This document shows, one piece after another, positions 63,228 through 64,000 of a stretch of 64,000 nucleotides of DNA (its first letter is position 1; every line of letters starts with the position of its first letter). Location of the stretch: the NCBI GenBank assembly GCA_963663475.2, contig CAXXJV010000001.1, positions 1,600,001 through 1,664,000 of the forward strand, written 5' to 3'. Under the pieces are notes generated by a model. The model worked only from the letters and a program-made list of their open reading frames with translations. It did not search any database and was not told the DNA's origin. This DNA comes from Candidatus Cloacimonadales bacterium. GTDB lineage: Bacteria; Cloacimonadota; Cloacimonadia; Cloacimonadales; JAFGVF01. A program made the position numbers and the translations under genes.

Positions 63228-63878
63228 ATGAGAAAAGCTGAAAATGTAGAAAAAAAATTAACGATTTTGGTATCTTCTACTGTCTATGGAATTGAAGAGT
63301 TATTAGAACGAATTTACTCTTTGTTAACTGCTTACAACTATGAAGTATGGATGTCACACAAAGGTACTATTCCGGTATTTTCTGATAAAAATGCTTTCAG
63401 TAACTGTATTGAAGCTGTAGAAAAGTGTGATTTGTTTCTTGGTATTATTACTTCTAACTATGGAAGTGGCATTAAGGAAGGAGAATTATCAATAACTCAT
63501 AAAGAGATGAAAAAGGCAATTGAGTTAAAAAAGCCTAGGTGGTTTTTAGCACATGATCAAGTTGTTTTTGCTAGAAGATTATTGTATGATCTTGGATATA
63601 AAAATAGTACTGAGCGAGAACAATTATCACTAAAAAGGAAAGCTTTGTCTATATCTGATCTACGTGTAATTCAAATGTATGAAGATGCTACTATGGAAAA
63701 ATTACCCTTAGATGACAGACAAGGTAATTGGGTCCAGAAATTCGATCGTGACGATGATGCAAATCTATTTATAGTTTCGCAATTTTCTCGATATCAAGAA
63801 GTTGAAGAGCGTCTTAAGGAAAGTTTTAGTAACCCAGAACTTATAAAAGCTAAAATTAAAGAGGATATAAATGGATAA
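63228..63878 (+). CDS. DUF4062 (TIR/nucleoside-deoxyribosyltransferase-like) protein
   Basis: ILVSSTV, C.EAVEKCDLFLGII...YGS, SITHKEMKKA..LKKP. Confidence 0.8.
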   Translation: MRKAENVEKKLTILVSSTVYGIEELLERIYSLLTAYNYEVWMSHKGTIPVFSDKNAFSNCIEAVEKCDLFLGIITSNYGSGIKEGELSITHKEMKKAIELKKPRWFLAHDQVVFARRLLYDLGYKNSTEREQLSLKRKALSISDLRVIQMYEDATMEKLPLDDRQGNWVQKFDRDDDANLFIVSQFSRYQEVEERLKESFSNPELIKAKIKEDING

Positions 63879-64000
63879 GAAAAAACTCTTGAATTTACTT
63901 TCTTTAGGAGAAAATCAAACTATTGAATTTAAAAGTAGGGCTGATGTGGAAGTAATTGGCAAGCATGTTTGCGCTTTTTTAAATAGTAGTGGTGGTTTTG
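63871..64000 (+). CDS. Schlafen/AlbA_2 domain protein, 3'-partial (not in the ORF track)
   Basis: MDKKKLLNLLSLGENQTIEFKSRADVEVIGKHVCAFLNSSGGF: E...EFK and AFLN..GG motifs; GAGGA RBS; overlaps DUF4062 stop. Confidence 0.8.
   Translation, partial: MDKKKLLNLLSLGENQTIEFKSRADVEVIGKHVCAFLNSSGGF

Overview
AT-rich bacterial chromosome segment. Its gene content (several giant C25/gingipain-like proteins and proteins with YPNPFNP-type C-terminal sorting domains) points to Ca. Cloacimonadota or a related FCB-superphylum anaerobe; this taxonomic call is an inference. Housekeeping content: pyrB-pyrC-pyrK-pyrD with a PyrR-type RNA loop, clpB with a CIRCE-like operator, queH/ttcA/ackA, a lepB-hemW-hypothetical-MlaD-Omp85-C25 run, a TetR-RND efflux operon, split class I fumarase, uvrB and tRNA-Arg(CCT). 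Two complete IS elements (IS1182 family and IS3 family) have identifiable ends and target duplications. The intergenic DNA is densely packed with interleaved non-autonomous repeats: a 161-bp MITE with 5-bp TSD, an IS1595-like MITE with 8-bp TSD, CCCTGAAAGGG REP-like doublets, 26-28-bp perfect hairpins, an 8-mer microsatellite, and 160-360-bp modular tandem arrays, several nested inside one another. The window ends downstream of the tRNA in a probable defence island: a type I HsdM followed by a DUF4062 (TIR/NDT-like) gene and a Schlafen/AlbA_2 gene. All family calls come from motif recognition by eye; no database searches were run.
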